Assembly (NCBI GenBank): GCA_044350705.1
Contig: JBILHA010000001.1
Span: 49,809-113,808, forward strand
DNA length: 64,000 nucleotides
Reading direction: 5' to 3'
From: Candidatus Kapaibacterium sp.
GTDB taxonomy: Bacteria > Patescibacteriota > Patescibacteriia > UBA9934
Shown: positions 1-9,840 of the stretch, piece by piece
Layout of the letters: the number at the start of each line of letters is the position of its first letter
Numbering within the stretch: position 1 is the stretch's first letter
Position numbers and translations under genes: made by a program
The notes under the pieces: model-generated
What the model was told of the DNA's origin: nothing
Seen by the model: the letters and a program-made list of their open reading frames with translations, nothing else
Databases searched by the model: none

Positions 1-873
1 GCGCTTTATGCAGCACGTGCAAATTTAAAGCCTGTTCTTTTTGCGGGTTTGCAACCGGGAGGGCAGCTTACGCAGACTTCTGAGGTAGAGAATTGGCCAG
101 GTGAGGTCAATGGAATTTTGGGTACAGAGCTCATGGAGAAGCTCCGTGCACAAGCAGAACGATTTGGATCAGAGATTATTTCCAATGTTGTCACTTCGGT
201 CGATTTCTCCTCACATCCGTATAAAGTACAATCTGCAAGTGGAAAAGAAGTGTTTGCGGAGAGTGTCATTATTGCAACCGGAGCAACGGCAAAATGGTTG
301 GGTGTTCCTGGAGAAGAGCGATTGATGGCAAAAGGTGTTTCTGCGTGTGCAACGTGTGATGGATTTTTCTTCCGAGGAAAAGAATTGATTGTTGTAGGTG
401 GGGGAGATAGCGCCATGGAAGAAGCTACGTTTTTAACTCGCTTCGCAACGAAGGTAACCATTGTGCATCGAAGTTCTGAGTTTAAGGCTTCGAAGATCAT
501 GCTTGAACGTGCACGGAAGAATCCTAAAATTTCTTTTATTACTGATACTGTTCTTGATGAAATTTTGGGTAGTGAAAAGGTTGAGGGTGTACGCTTGAAG
601 CATGTGGGAACGGGTGAGGTTTCTGAATACAAAACTGATGGAGTGTTCGTTGCCATTGGCCACAAACCAAACGTCGATCTTTTTTCCGGTGCCATTACGC
701 TTGATGAGAAGGGATATATTGTTACCGAAGGAAAGTCGACACGTACGAATATTCCTGGGGTTTTTGCGTGTGGAGACGTGATGGACTCGGCATATCGCCA
801 GGCAATTACCGCTGCGGGATCGGGATGCGCTGCGGCACTTGATGCTGAGCGGTGGCTTGCGAGTCGTGAGTAA
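1..873 (+). CDS. trxB: Thioredoxin-disulfide reductase (5' truncated by window edge)
   Basis: CATCDG redox motif, VVGGGDSAMEEA NADPH motif, GVFACGDV...YRQAITAAGSG C-terminal FAD motif. Confidence 0.97.
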   Translation, partial: ALYAARANLKPVLFAGLQPGGQLTQTSEVENWPGEVNGILGTELMEKLRAQAERFGSEIISNVVTSVDFSSHPYKVQSASGKEVFAESVIIATGATAKWLGVPGEERLMAKGVSACATCDGFFFRGKELIVVGGGDSAMEEATFLTRFATKVTIVHRSSEFKASKIMLERARKNPKISFITDTVLDEILGSEKVEGVRLKHVGTGEVSEYKTDGVFVAIGHKPNVDLFSGAITLDEKGYIVTEGKSTRTNIPGVFACGDVMDSAYRQAITAAGSGCAAALDAERWLASRE

Positions 874-1017
874 AAGATGTGTACGATGGTGCTCTTGCGA
901 AGGCGTGTACGATCTCATTTTTTGATGAAGCGTACGGATGTTTTTGAAAAGAATGAGATGTTTGACTGAGTATATTTTTCTTGATGTACTTGGGATCCAC
1001 ATTCTTAAAGATTTTTT

Positions 1018-1332
1018 ATGGATACAGAGATGAAAAACTTTTTTGTGGCGTTTGAAGAGCGCTTGAATGATAAATTTCTTCGAATTGAGCAGCGTTTTAC
1101 TGGGATAGAAGGACGCTTTGATGGACTTGAACGAAGAATAGATGGGTTGGAGCAGAGAATGAGCGAATTGGATCAGAGAATAGATAGATTAGAGCAAAAT
1201 CAGCATGACATGCAGGAGCAGATTTCTTATCTCGTTGATCATTTTGGAAAGTTTGAAGATGACGTGAGGACACTTCTTCGATCGCATGATGTTCGTCTCA
1301 CGAATCTTGAAGCGAGGGTGCAATTTGTTTAG
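1018..1332 (+). CDS. Small coiled-coil hypothetical protein
   Basis: Heptad repeats RFTGIEG/RFDGLER/RIDGLEQ/RMSELDQ/RIDRLEQ; TATG start. Confidence 0.8.
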   Translation: MDTEMKNFFVAFEERLNDKFLRIEQRFTGIEGRFDGLERRIDGLEQRMSELDQRIDRLEQNQHDMQEQISYLVDHFGKFEDDVRTLLRSHDVRLTNLEARVQFV

Positions 1333-1766
1333 GTACTTTTTTGTTTGACTTGAATGCTCCCTGCGATGCTTATCGCTCCGGCGATGATGACAACATTTTT
1401 TAGAATATATTGTCCGACGAGTGTTGGCACAAACGGGGCTGACCAGCTTACTTCTGGAAGAATGATGAGTGGAAGAGCGGTTGTTGTCATGTGAAAGCCA
1501 AGGAGTGGGATAACGATGCGTGTAGCTTTTGGTATGAGGAATAATATACCGATGAGCATTTCAAGCGCGCCAAAGAGTATGAGAAATGTAGGGAATTCCA
1601 TGAACGGAATGGTTTGTTCGAAGAGGCTTTGTACAAGTGCTTCTGCGGGGGAAAGTGAGAGAACTTTGAGGATTCCAAACCAGAAAAAAACGATAAATAT
1701 TGCGATGCGCATGCTTTTTGGCGCGTAGTATTTGCAGTGTTGAATGACTGCATGTTCGAATTTCAT
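1329..1766 (-). CDS. DoxX/DUF417-like inner membrane protein
   Basis: Four hydrophobic segments; RIAIFIVFFWFGILK, GALEMLIG and GQYILKNVV motifs. Confidence 0.8.
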   Translation of the reverse strand: MKFEHAVIQHCKYYAPKSMRIAIFIVFFWFGILKVLSLSPAEALVQSLFEQTIPFMEFPTFLILFGALEMLIGILFLIPKATRIVIPLLGFHMTTTALPLIILPEVSWSAPFVPTLVGQYILKNVVIIAGAISIAGSIQVKQKST

Positions 1767-1775
1767 ATGGATGCA

Positions 1776-3041
1776 TTATACGCCTTTGAGATAATTTTTC
1801 TTTTGGAGTTCTTTTGGAAGATAGTCTTGCGCAGCATCTTCTTGTGAAGAAAAGTTTGGCGTGTATTTATACCCTTTGCCGTAGCCCATATTTTTCATCA
1901 GTGACGTTGGTGCATTTCGGAGGTGAAGTGGCACGGGGAGATTGGGAAGATGTTTGATGTCTTCTTGGACATTTGTGTATGCGGTGTAGAGTGCATTTGA
2001 TTTTTTTGCGTTTGCAAGATACGCGACGCATTGTGCGATATTCACGCCGCATTCTGGCATGCCTACCGCATGCGATGCTTGATGTGCGGCAACGGCTTGT
2101 ACGAGTGCTTGCGGATCTGCGAGACCGATGTCTTCGCTTGCAAAACGGATAAGACGACGGGTTATGTAAAGTGGATCCTCGCCTGCTTCGAGCATGCGGC
2201 CAAGCCAGTAAAGTGCAGCGTTTGCATCGCCTCCTCGCATGGATTTATGCAGTGCGGAAATGATGTTGTAGTGTTCTTCGCCACCTTTATCGTAGAGGAG
2301 GGTGTTTTTTTCTATGATGCGCGCAACGATTTCTTGATTAATATTTTTGCTGAGATTGTTTTCTGCTTCGAGGACGTTTGCAATGAGTTCTAACATGTTG
2401 AGGCCATTTCGTGCATCGCCGTTTGCGAGGGTTGCGAGGAAGAGCAGTGCTTCATCGGTGATAGTGAGTTTTAGTTTTCCTAGACCTTTTTCTTCGTTTG
2501 TGACTGCACGTTTGAGAATGGCGGCGAGATCTTCTGGGGAGATTTGGGAGAGTGTGAGTACGCGCATGCGTGAAAGAAGTGCGGCGTTTACTTCGAACGA
2601 TGGATTTTCTGTGGTTGCGCCGATGAGTGTGACAATGCCTTGTTCAACGGCGGGAAGGAGGGCGTCTTGTTGGGATTTGGTAAAGCGGTGGATTTCGTCG
2701 ATGAAAAGTATGGTTCGTTCGGCGTAAAACATGCGACGGTCGTCGGCGTCTTTGAGAATGGCGCGTACATCGGCGACTGTTCCGTTTACGGCACTGAAGG
2801 GGATGAATTTTGCTTTGACGTGATTGGCGATAATTTTTGCGAGCGTTGTTTTTCCTACTCCCGGAGGTCCCCAGAATAACAATGAAGGTACTTCGCCCTT
2901 CATGAGGAGCGTGCGGAGGTATTTTCCTTCCCCAATAACGCCTTTTTGTCCTTCGTATTCTTCGAGTGTTGTGGGGCGCATGCGATCGGCGAGGGGAGTA
3001 TGGAGACGTTTTTTATTTTGCTCCGACGCGAAGAGATTCAT
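1776..3041 (-). CDS. rarA: Replication-associated recombination protein A (RarA/MgsA AAA+ ATPase)
   Basis: PLADRMRP, GPPGVGKT, FIDEIHRF, GATTENPSF, ASEDIGLADP, VPLHLRNAPT. Confidence 0.96.
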   Translation of the reverse strand: MNLFASEQNKKRLHTPLADRMRPTTLEEYEGQKGVIGEGKYLRTLLMKGEVPSLLFWGPPGVGKTTLAKIIANHVKAKFIPFSAVNGTVADVRAILKDADDRRMFYAERTILFIDEIHRFTKSQQDALLPAVEQGIVTLIGATTENPSFEVNAALLSRMRVLTLSQISPEDLAAILKRAVTNEEKGLGKLKLTITDEALLFLATLANGDARNGLNMLELIANVLEAENNLSKNINQEIVARIIEKNTLLYDKGGEEHYNIISALHKSMRGGDANAALYWLGRMLEAGEDPLYITRRLIRFASEDIGLADPQALVQAVAAHQASHAVGMPECGVNIAQCVAYLANAKKSNALYTAYTNVQEDIKHLPNLPVPLHLRNAPTSLMKNMGYGKGYKYTPNFSSQEDAAQDYLPKELQKKNYLKGV

Positions 3042-3100
3042 ACCTGAGAAGTGTATGGTTTTTGTTCGGTATGTATAGAGGGAGCTGTGAATGAGGGGTA

Positions 3101-4000
3101 TTATTTTCCTTTTTTTATTTTTGCTACAAAGAACCCCTCACTCTCAGCGGTTGGCAGAATGATGGTCCCGAATTTGGTAGGACGGATGGGGGAGACGGGG
3201 AGCGTCATGGGTTCTATGTGCATGGAAGGGTGCTCATCGATAAACCATTTCATTTGCTCCTCGTTTTCTTCAGGGGCGAGGGTGCAGGTTGAATAGACGA
3301 GTGTGCCGCCAGGTTTGAGCATGCGAAAGGCGCTTCGCAGGAGGCGGCGTTGGAGTTTGGCATGTTCGGTGATGTTTTTTTGCGACCAGAACGTAAATGA
3401 GCGCGGATCGCTTAAATCAATGCGTCCTTCTGCGGTGCAGGGGACATCGGCGAGAATGGCATCAAACGTTTCGGGGTATTCGTGATGTAGGGTAGTGCTG
3501 TCGACATTTTTTGCTTGAGCATTCACTCCCTGGATAGTGATCGTGTTTTGCAGCTTTTGGAAGCGGACGGAATTATCCTCGCAGGCGATGAGGGTTCCTC
3601 TATTTTCCATGAGAGCGGCAAGTTCTGAGGTTTTACTTCCTGGGGCGGCGCAAATATCGGCGACGATTTGTCCGGGCAAAGGGGCAAGAATTAAGGGGGG
3701 AATCATGGAGGCGATTCCTTGAAGATAGACGTGACCAGCTTTGGTGAGATGATGATCGAGCAATTGCTCATCAGTTCGGTTTTTTATGCGAAGTGCATGG
3801 GGTACGTTTTTGATGCGTTCAAAGGCGATTCCTTCTTCGCGATAGACATCCATGACTGCATGGTCAGTTGTTTTGAGGGTATTGATTCGAAGAGTCGGAA
3901 ATGGCTTCGTACTAAAAGCTCGTAGCATGGTGGCTACGGTTTGAGGGCCGAATTGTTTCGTAAGGCGTTCCAGGAGGGGTTGGGGAAGCGTGCGAGCCAT
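3101..4000 (-). CDS. RsmB/RsmF (NOL1/NOP2/Sun) family RNA m5C methyltransferase
   Basis: DICAAPGSKT, ADVPCTAEG, LVYSTCTL..EENE, GFFVAK; start set at MARTLP (4000). Confidence 0.93.
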   Translation of the reverse strand: MARTLPQPLLERLTKQFGPQTVATMLRAFSTKPFPTLRINTLKTTDHAVMDVYREEGIAFERIKNVPHALRIKNRTDEQLLDHHLTKAGHVYLQGIASMIPPLILAPLPGQIVADICAAPGSKTSELAALMENRGTLIACEDNSVRFQKLQNTITIQGVNAQAKNVDSTTLHHEYPETFDAILADVPCTAEGRIDLSDPRSFTFWSQKNITEHAKLQRRLLRSAFRMLKPGGTLVYSTCTLAPEENEEQMKWFIDEHPSMHIEPMTLPVSPIRPTKFGTIILPTAESEGFFVAKIKKGK

Positions 4001-4030
4001 AGGAAGAAAAATGCCGTACACTAGGCGTAT

Positions 4031-4369
4031 ATGATATCTCTTTCCCCTCAAGATTTGAAGGCGAAGCTGGATGGCGGAGTTTCGCTTACTTTGGTAGATT
4101 TGCAAACCGTTGAAGGATACGCTCACCGGCATATCCCCGGTGCAGTACATATGGATCCTTCTTCTCTCTGTGGAGAGGACTGTGAAAAGCTTTTGAAGGA
4201 TAAGGATGCGGATATTGTGCTTTATGGAGAGTTTGATGAGCTTGGTAAGGGCGCTCAGGTGGCAGAAGTGCTTGAACGGGCGGGATATAGTAAGATTTCT
4301 CGCCTTTTGGGGGGTATGATGGGCTGGATGGAGGCGGGTTACGGGATCGAGGGTGGGTCAGAGTCTTAG
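4031..4369 (+). CDS. Rhodanese-like domain protein
   Basis: HIPGA and LLGGMMGW motifs; the usual catalytic Cys position reads LYG. Confidence 0.85.
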   Translation: MISLSPQDLKAKLDGGVSLTLVDLQTVEGYAHRHIPGAVHMDPSSLCGEDCEKLLKDKDADIVLYGEFDELGKGAQVAEVLERAGYSKISRLLGGMMGWMEAGYGIEGGSES

Positions 4370-4411
4370 TTCTTTTGCGAAAAATAGCGGTTCCCATTAT
4401 GCTACTTCCAT

Positions 4412-7276
4412 ATGTACGACCATGGGAATATTGATGGGAAGTGGCAGAAAAAATGGGAGGATGCAGGAATTTTTCACGCAAAGCTCGATGATGCACGAGA
4501 GAAGTATTATCTCCTCGTAGAATTTCCGTATCCTTCTGGAGCTGGCCTTCACGTAGGGCATCCCCGAAGTTATACCGCGCTTGATGTGATTGCACGTAAG
4601 CGTCGCATGGAGGGGAAGAATGTGTTGTATCCCATTGGTTGGGACGCGTTTGGTTTGCCAGCAGAAAATCATGCGATAAAAACGGGTACTCATCCAGCCA
4701 TAAATACTGCGGAAAATATCAAAACTTTTAAGAAGCAGATTCAGTCGCTTGGTATTTCTTTTGATTGGTCGCGAGAAATTGATACTACCGATCCCAAATA
4801 TTATCGTTGGACACAGTGGATGTTTAACGAATTTTTCCGACAGGGTTTGTGTTATAAGGCAAAGATGCCGATTAATTGGTGTCCAAGTTGCAAAATTGGT
4901 TTGGCAAATGAAGAAGCTGCAGGTGGTGTATGCGAACGCTGTGGAGGGCCTGTAGAGAAAAAAGAAAAGGAGCAATGGATGATTGCCATGACGAAGTATG
5001 CTGATCGTTTGCTTGAAGATTTGAAAACGGTTGATTATCTTCCAAAAATTAAAAAAGAACAGGAGGAGTGGATTGGACGAAGTGAAGGTGCGGAAATTGA
5101 TTTTCGTCTTGAAGAAATCAGCGAAACGATTACGGTATTCACTACCCGTCCCGATACAATTTTTGGCGTAACCTATATTGTTCTTGCGCCTGAACATCCG
5201 CTTGTTGCGCGATTGGTGACCGATGATCAGCGTTCGCATGTTGAAGTATATATTTCTTCTGTTGCTTCAAAGACTGATGACGAACGTGGAGATGCTACCC
5301 GTGAGAAAACGGGAGTGTTTACTGGAGCGTATGCGGTAAATCCGGTGAATGGCGAGCGTGTTCCGGTCTGGATTGCGGATTATGTTCTTGGTGGTTATGG
5401 AACGGGTGCGGTTATGGCGGTTCCTGCGCATGACGTACGCGACTTCGCATTTGCTACGACGTATGAGTTGCCGATTCGTCCTGTTGTTGCAAAGTATTTT
5501 ATGGAAAGTGAAAATCCTCCTCGTGAAGGTTTTCCTACGGTTCGCAGAAAAAATGTTCACGCCATTGTTCGTCGTGCTACCGATGGCGCAGTGCTCATGC
5601 TTCGTTGGAAGGCGAACCAGCGCGCAAGCGGTGCATATCCGCACACGTTTATCGTGGGTGGTATTGAAGAGGGTGAAGATGCACGCGAGGCGGTGCTTCG
5701 TGAGATTGCTGAAGAAACGGGATTGCACCGCGTGCGTTTCGTTTCTGAAGTTCCCGCGATTGTGCATTCGGAATATTTCGCAGGACACAAAGAGCAGAAT
5801 CGATATGCGGAAATTTCCATTCTCTGCTTTGAGGCTGATGGAGATGAAGCATTCGACGTTGCTCCTGAAGAACTCGAGAAGCATGATCCGATTTGGGTTC
5901 TGCCTTCTGATGTTGCTTCAACGGTAAATGTTGCTGAAGGTCCGTATATTTGGGCGCAGGCAGAAAAACCGTTTGCCATGACCGATGCGGGATATGTTAC
6001 AAATTCCGATTTTCTCAACGGACTTTCTACGGAAGATGCAAAGAAGCGTATTGTTGAAGTTCTTGCTGAACGTGGGTGGGGTAGAGCAAAAACAACGTAT
6101 CGCTTGCGTGACTGGGTTTTCTCCCGTCAGCGTTATTGGGGTGAGCCTATTCCGCTTATTCAATGTAAGAACGGATGTTCGCCTGAGACGAACGGCTGGG
6201 TGACGGTTCCCGATGAAGCATTGCCGGTAACGCTTCCGAATGTGGAACGTTATGAACCCACGGATACGGGTGAGTCTCCGCTTTCGGTTATTTCTGATTG
6301 GGTGAATACCACATGTCCTCAATGCGGAGGAGACGCCGTGCGAGAAACGGATACTATGCCGAACTGGGCAGGTTCGAGTTGGTACTTTTTGCGCTATGCT
6401 GATGCGCACAATGATGCGGCATTTGCAAGTAAAGATGCGCTTGCGTATTGGCTTCCTGTTGATTTGTACAATGGAGGCATGGAGCATGCGACGCGTCATT
6501 TGTTGTATGCGCGCTTCTGGACAAAAGTGTTGTTCGATCGGGGGCATTTGCCGTTTTCCGAGTTTTGTCAGCGTCGCGTTGCGCACGGCATGATTCTTGC
6601 GGAAGATGGAACGAAGATGTCGAAGTCGAAAGGAAATGTGGTGAATCCAGACGATGTCGTGAAGGAGCATGGCGCAGATACGTTGCGCGTGTATGAACTT
6701 TTTATTGGTGCGTTTGATGAAGTTGCTTCGTGGTCAACGAATAGCTTGATTGGCGTTCGTCGATTCCTTGATCGCATTACTCGACTGCAAGAAAAAGTTG
6801 GAGGGGAAGATACTGTAGAGATTCAACGTGTTTTGCAAAAGACGTTGCAGAAAGTTACTGATGATATTGAGGGCATGCGGTTTAATACGGCGGTTGCCGC
6901 GCTCATGGCATGTTTGAATGAGTTGCAGTCCGCGCCTTCGCTTTCTCAAGACGCATTCAAGCTTTACTTGCGTATGCTCGTGCCTTTTGCGCCTCACGTT
7001 GCGAATGAGTGTTGGGAGAACATTGGCGGTGAAGGTTTTGTTGAAGCACAGGCATGGCCAGTAGTTAATGCATCGTTGTTGGTTGATGAAGAAGTTACCT
7101 ATGCGGTACAGGTTAACGGAAAAGTGCGTGCGACGCTTGTACTTCCCGCTGACGCACCCGATGACATGATTATTGCTGCAGCAAAAGCAGATGAATATGT
7201 TGCAAAATATTTGGGAGGACAAGAGCCGAAAAAAGTTATCATCATCCCTAAGAAGATTGTGAGTTTCGTGGTGTAG
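4412..7276 (+). CDS. leuS: Leucine--tRNA ligase with inserted Nudix domain
   Basis: FPYPSGAGLHVGH (HIGH), GWDAFGLPAEN, CP1 editing motifs FTTRPDT and GTGAVMAVPAHD, KMSKS, VQVNGKVR; Nudix box at 5657-5725. Confidence 0.97.
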   Translation: MYDHGNIDGKWQKKWEDAGIFHAKLDDAREKYYLLVEFPYPSGAGLHVGHPRSYTALDVIARKRRMEGKNVLYPIGWDAFGLPAENHAIKTGTHPAINTAENIKTFKKQIQSLGISFDWSREIDTTDPKYYRWTQWMFNEFFRQGLCYKAKMPINWCPSCKIGLANEEAAGGVCERCGGPVEKKEKEQWMIAMTKYADRLLEDLKTVDYLPKIKKEQEEWIGRSEGAEIDFRLEEISETITVFTTRPDTIFGVTYIVLAPEHPLVARLVTDDQRSHVEVYISSVASKTDDERGDATREKTGVFTGAYAVNPVNGERVPVWIADYVLGGYGTGAVMAVPAHDVRDFAFATTYELPIRPVVAKYFMESENPPREGFPTVRRKNVHAIVRRATDGAVLMLRWKANQRASGAYPHTFIVGGIEEGEDAREAVLREIAEETGLHRVRFVSEVPAIVHSEYFAGHKEQNRYAEISILCFEADGDEAFDVAPEELEKHDPIWVLPSDVASTVNVAEGPYIWAQAEKPFAMTDAGYVTNSDFLNGLSTEDAKKRIVEVLAERGWGRAKTTYRLRDWVFSRQRYWGEPIPLIQCKNGCSPETNGWVTVPDEALPVTLPNVERYEPTDTGESPLSVISDWVNTTCPQCGGDAVRETDTMPNWAGSSWYFLRYADAHNDAAFASKDALAYWLPVDLYNGGMEHATRHLLYARFWTKVLFDRGHLPFSEFCQRRVAHGMILAEDGTKMSKSKGNVVNPDDVVKEHGADTLRVYELFIGAFDEVASWSTNSLIGVRRFLDRITRLQEKVGGEDTVEIQRVLQKTLQKVTDDIEGMRFNTAVAALMACLNELQSAPSLSQDAFKLYLRMLVPFAPHVANECWENIGGEGFVEAQAWPVVNASLLVDEEVTYAVQVNGKVRATLVLPADAPDDMIIAAAKADEYVAKYLGGQEPKKVIIIPKKIVSFVV

Positions 7277-7309
7277 GATGAAAAGGAATGGTGATTTCAG
7301 GTGATGTAC

Positions 7310-7336
7310 AAAAGGCGCTATTCATGGCGCCTTTTT
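7310..7336 (+). terminator. Intrinsic terminator after leuS
   Basis: AAAAGGCGC-tattcatg-GCGCCTTTTT. Confidence 0.7.
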
Positions 7337-7378
7337 GGTTACGTCATGGTTTAGAATGCGTTATCGCTGTTTTTTTAC

Positions 7379-9772
7379 ATGTCGTTTGCGGAGATTCGCC
7401 CAGGGATGTTGTTTGCTTTCATGTGTGGGGGATTCATTCTTGGTATTGCGTTTGCATCTTTTGATGCGCCATGGTGGGTAGGGGGTGGGGTGTTGGGTTT
7501 GGGGTGTTGGGTGTGGTCTCGTCTCTCGCGAAATTCTGACGTGAGAAGGAATTTTGTGTATGTTTTTTTCTCAATCATTTTTTCTTTGTTGGGCTCTTGG
7601 CGTTATCAGGTTATTCAACCAACCCTGCACTCGGTTTCTATGATTGCAGATAAAGAAATGCGAACTCTTGAAGGAACGATCGTTCGTATTCAGGAAAGTG
7701 AATATGGTATTCGTTTAACGCTCAACGATATTGTTGCGCAGGGAAGGAAATTTGAGGATCGCATTTTGGTACGCGTTCCTCTTTTTTCAGAAAGTAGCTT
7801 AGGGGAGCGGGTGAGTATTGATTGTGCGCTGAAGCGGCCGGAACCTTTTGAAGGGTTTGCCTACGATCGGTATCTTGCGGCGAAAGACATTCAAGCGACG
7901 TGTTCAACGCGGGAAGTGCCTTTTGTTCTTGAAGATGAGCGGGGTATCTGGATGGCTTTTTTGCGTACCGTGTATGGGATAAATAGGTTCTCGATCGCAA
8001 TGATTGATCGCGTATTTCCCGATCCTCATGCGCAGTTATTAGCAGGGCTTTTGTTAGGTGATGATGCGTTTTCAGAAGTGTGGAGTGAGCGATTTTTACG
8101 GACGGGAACGTCTCATATTGTTGCGGCGAGTGGATCAAATGTTGCGCTTGTGGTGATGCTCGTGCTTGGAGGCATGTTTCGTGCGTGTATTTCTCGTAAA
8201 TATGCAACGGCGTTCGCGCTCTTTGGCATTTTGTGTTTTGTTTTTTTGGCTGGTGCAGAATCTGCGGTGACGCGTGCAGGAATTATGGCGTCATTTGTCG
8301 TGATATCGCGAGTCTTGGGAAGGGCATCTTCCGTGAGAAATGTTTTGTTGTGCACGGTGTGTATCATGCTTTTTGATGAGCCTCGTATTTTGCGTGACGA
8401 TATTGGTTTTCAACTTTCTGTTTTGTCGACGATTGGGCTTATTTTCTGGGCAAATACTTTTATTGAGTATGTTTCGTTTGTTCCTGAGCGATTCGGACTT
8501 CGTGAAGGGTTTGCGACAACATTGGCTGCGACCTTAGCTACTTTGCCGGTGACGCTTTTTAGCATGGGGCAGATTTCATTCGTAGGGCCACTTGCAAATT
8601 TGCTTGTTTTACCGCTTTTGCCCTTGGCGATGGGACTTGGCACCTTGGCGACTATTGTAGGTATGGTTCATGGAGAAATTGGTCGTTGGATTGCGTTTCC
8701 TGCGTGGTGGATTTTGGATACGATTCTCATGATCTTGAGAGAACTTTCGAGTTTGTCTTTTGTGTATGTGGAAGTGGTGTGGTGGAAAGTAGTGTTTGGG
8801 GTGTTGGGGGTAGGGGGTGGGGTGTGGATTATGCACCTCGTTTTGAGGGTGCTTCATGTCGACCGCTTGCTTGCCTTTCGTGGGAAGAATCTTCAAGAAG
8901 AGCATAGGAAAGAAGACAAGGTGAATGCAGGAGCTGTCCTTGTCCCATGTCTTTTTGTTGTTCTTTTTTTCATATCTTTTGCGCAACATGTTATACGCGA
9001 TGGATGGTTTTCTTCTTCGGTGCGTGTATGGGTTTTTGATGTGGGACAGGGCGACGCAATTTTTATTGATACTCCAGAAAAAGATGTTGTTATTGATGGG
9101 GGGCCATCACCTATTCTTCGAGAGAAAATCGGCATGATGCTTCCGTGGTTTGATCGGCATCTTGATTATGTTTTTGTTACGCACCCTCACGCAGATCATG
9201 TGGTCGGTTTAGTTTCTTTACTTGAGCATTATGGAGTTTCACTTGTGGGAGAGAGTGGACAGGGGTGCTCCTCGTCGGATTGTCGAGCTTTTGATGAGGT
9301 TGTTCACATTTCATCGGCTATTTTGGCGGGAGAAGTTTTTGAACTTGCGCACGGTATTACTCTTCGCGCAGTTTGGCCGCAAGAAAATTATGGGAATAAA
9401 AAACTTTCTGATCCGAATGATGGCTCTTTGGTTTTTGTTTTAGAGACTCCGCATGGGTCTATGCTTCTTACGGGGGATGCGGGTATTGAAGAAGAGCATC
9501 TTTTTATTCCATTACTGCCAGAGAACATTGAGGTATTAAAAGTTGGACATCACGGGAGTAGCACATCTACCTCGTTAGAGCTCCTTGAGGCTATTCGTCC
9601 AGAGTACGGGATTATTTCTTTAGGCGAAGATAATTCGTACGGCCATCCGCATGAAGAGGCGATACAGCATCTTTTAAAATATCATGTAGAGTTTTTTCAA
9701 ACGAATCTTTCCGGAGATATGAAAGTAGAGTTTGGAGAAGAGGGAGTTGAGGTGACATCGTGGCGGTTATAG
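7379..9772 (+). CDS. comEC: ComEC/Rec2 DNA uptake channel with C-terminal metallo-beta-lactamase domain
   Basis: GTSHIVAASGSNV, RAGIMA, GFQLS, DVGQGD, THPHADH, LLTGD, LKVGHHGS, YGHPH. Confidence 0.95.
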   Translation: MSFAEIRPGMLFAFMCGGFILGIAFASFDAPWWVGGGVLGLGCWVWSRLSRNSDVRRNFVYVFFSIIFSLLGSWRYQVIQPTLHSVSMIADKEMRTLEGTIVRIQESEYGIRLTLNDIVAQGRKFEDRILVRVPLFSESSLGERVSIDCALKRPEPFEGFAYDRYLAAKDIQATCSTREVPFVLEDERGIWMAFLRTVYGINRFSIAMIDRVFPDPHAQLLAGLLLGDDAFSEVWSERFLRTGTSHIVAASGSNVALVVMLVLGGMFRACISRKYATAFALFGILCFVFLAGAESAVTRAGIMASFVVISRVLGRASSVRNVLLCTVCIMLFDEPRILRDDIGFQLSVLSTIGLIFWANTFIEYVSFVPERFGLREGFATTLAATLATLPVTLFSMGQISFVGPLANLLVLPLLPLAMGLGTLATIVGMVHGEIGRWIAFPAWWILDTILMILRELSSLSFVYVEVVWWKVVFGVLGVGGGVWIMHLVLRVLHVDRLLAFRGKNLQEEHRKEDKVNAGAVLVPCLFVVLFFISFAQHVIRDGWFSSSVRVWVFDVGQGDAIFIDTPEKDVVIDGGPSPILREKIGMMLPWFDRHLDYVFVTHPHADHVVGLVSLLEHYGVSLVGESGQGCSSSDCRAFDEVVHISSAILAGEVFELAHGITLRAVWPQENYGNKKLSDPNDGSLVFVLETPHGSMLLTGDAGIEEEHLFIPLLPENIEVLKVGHHGSSTSTSLELLEAIRPEYGIISLGEDNSYGHPHEEAIQHLLKYHVEFFQTNLSGDMKVEFGEEGVEVTSWRL

Positions 9773-9840
9773 GCATGTCCTCGAAGTTGCAAAAAAGCGT
9801 TCTTTTCTTTATCCTTTGTGCAAATTCTTTACCTTTTTGT

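Noticed and set aside
1080-1200. 21-nt periodicity suggesting a CRISPR or DNA repeat array
   Set aside because: Explained by coiled-coil heptads in the protein; no identical repeats with spacers
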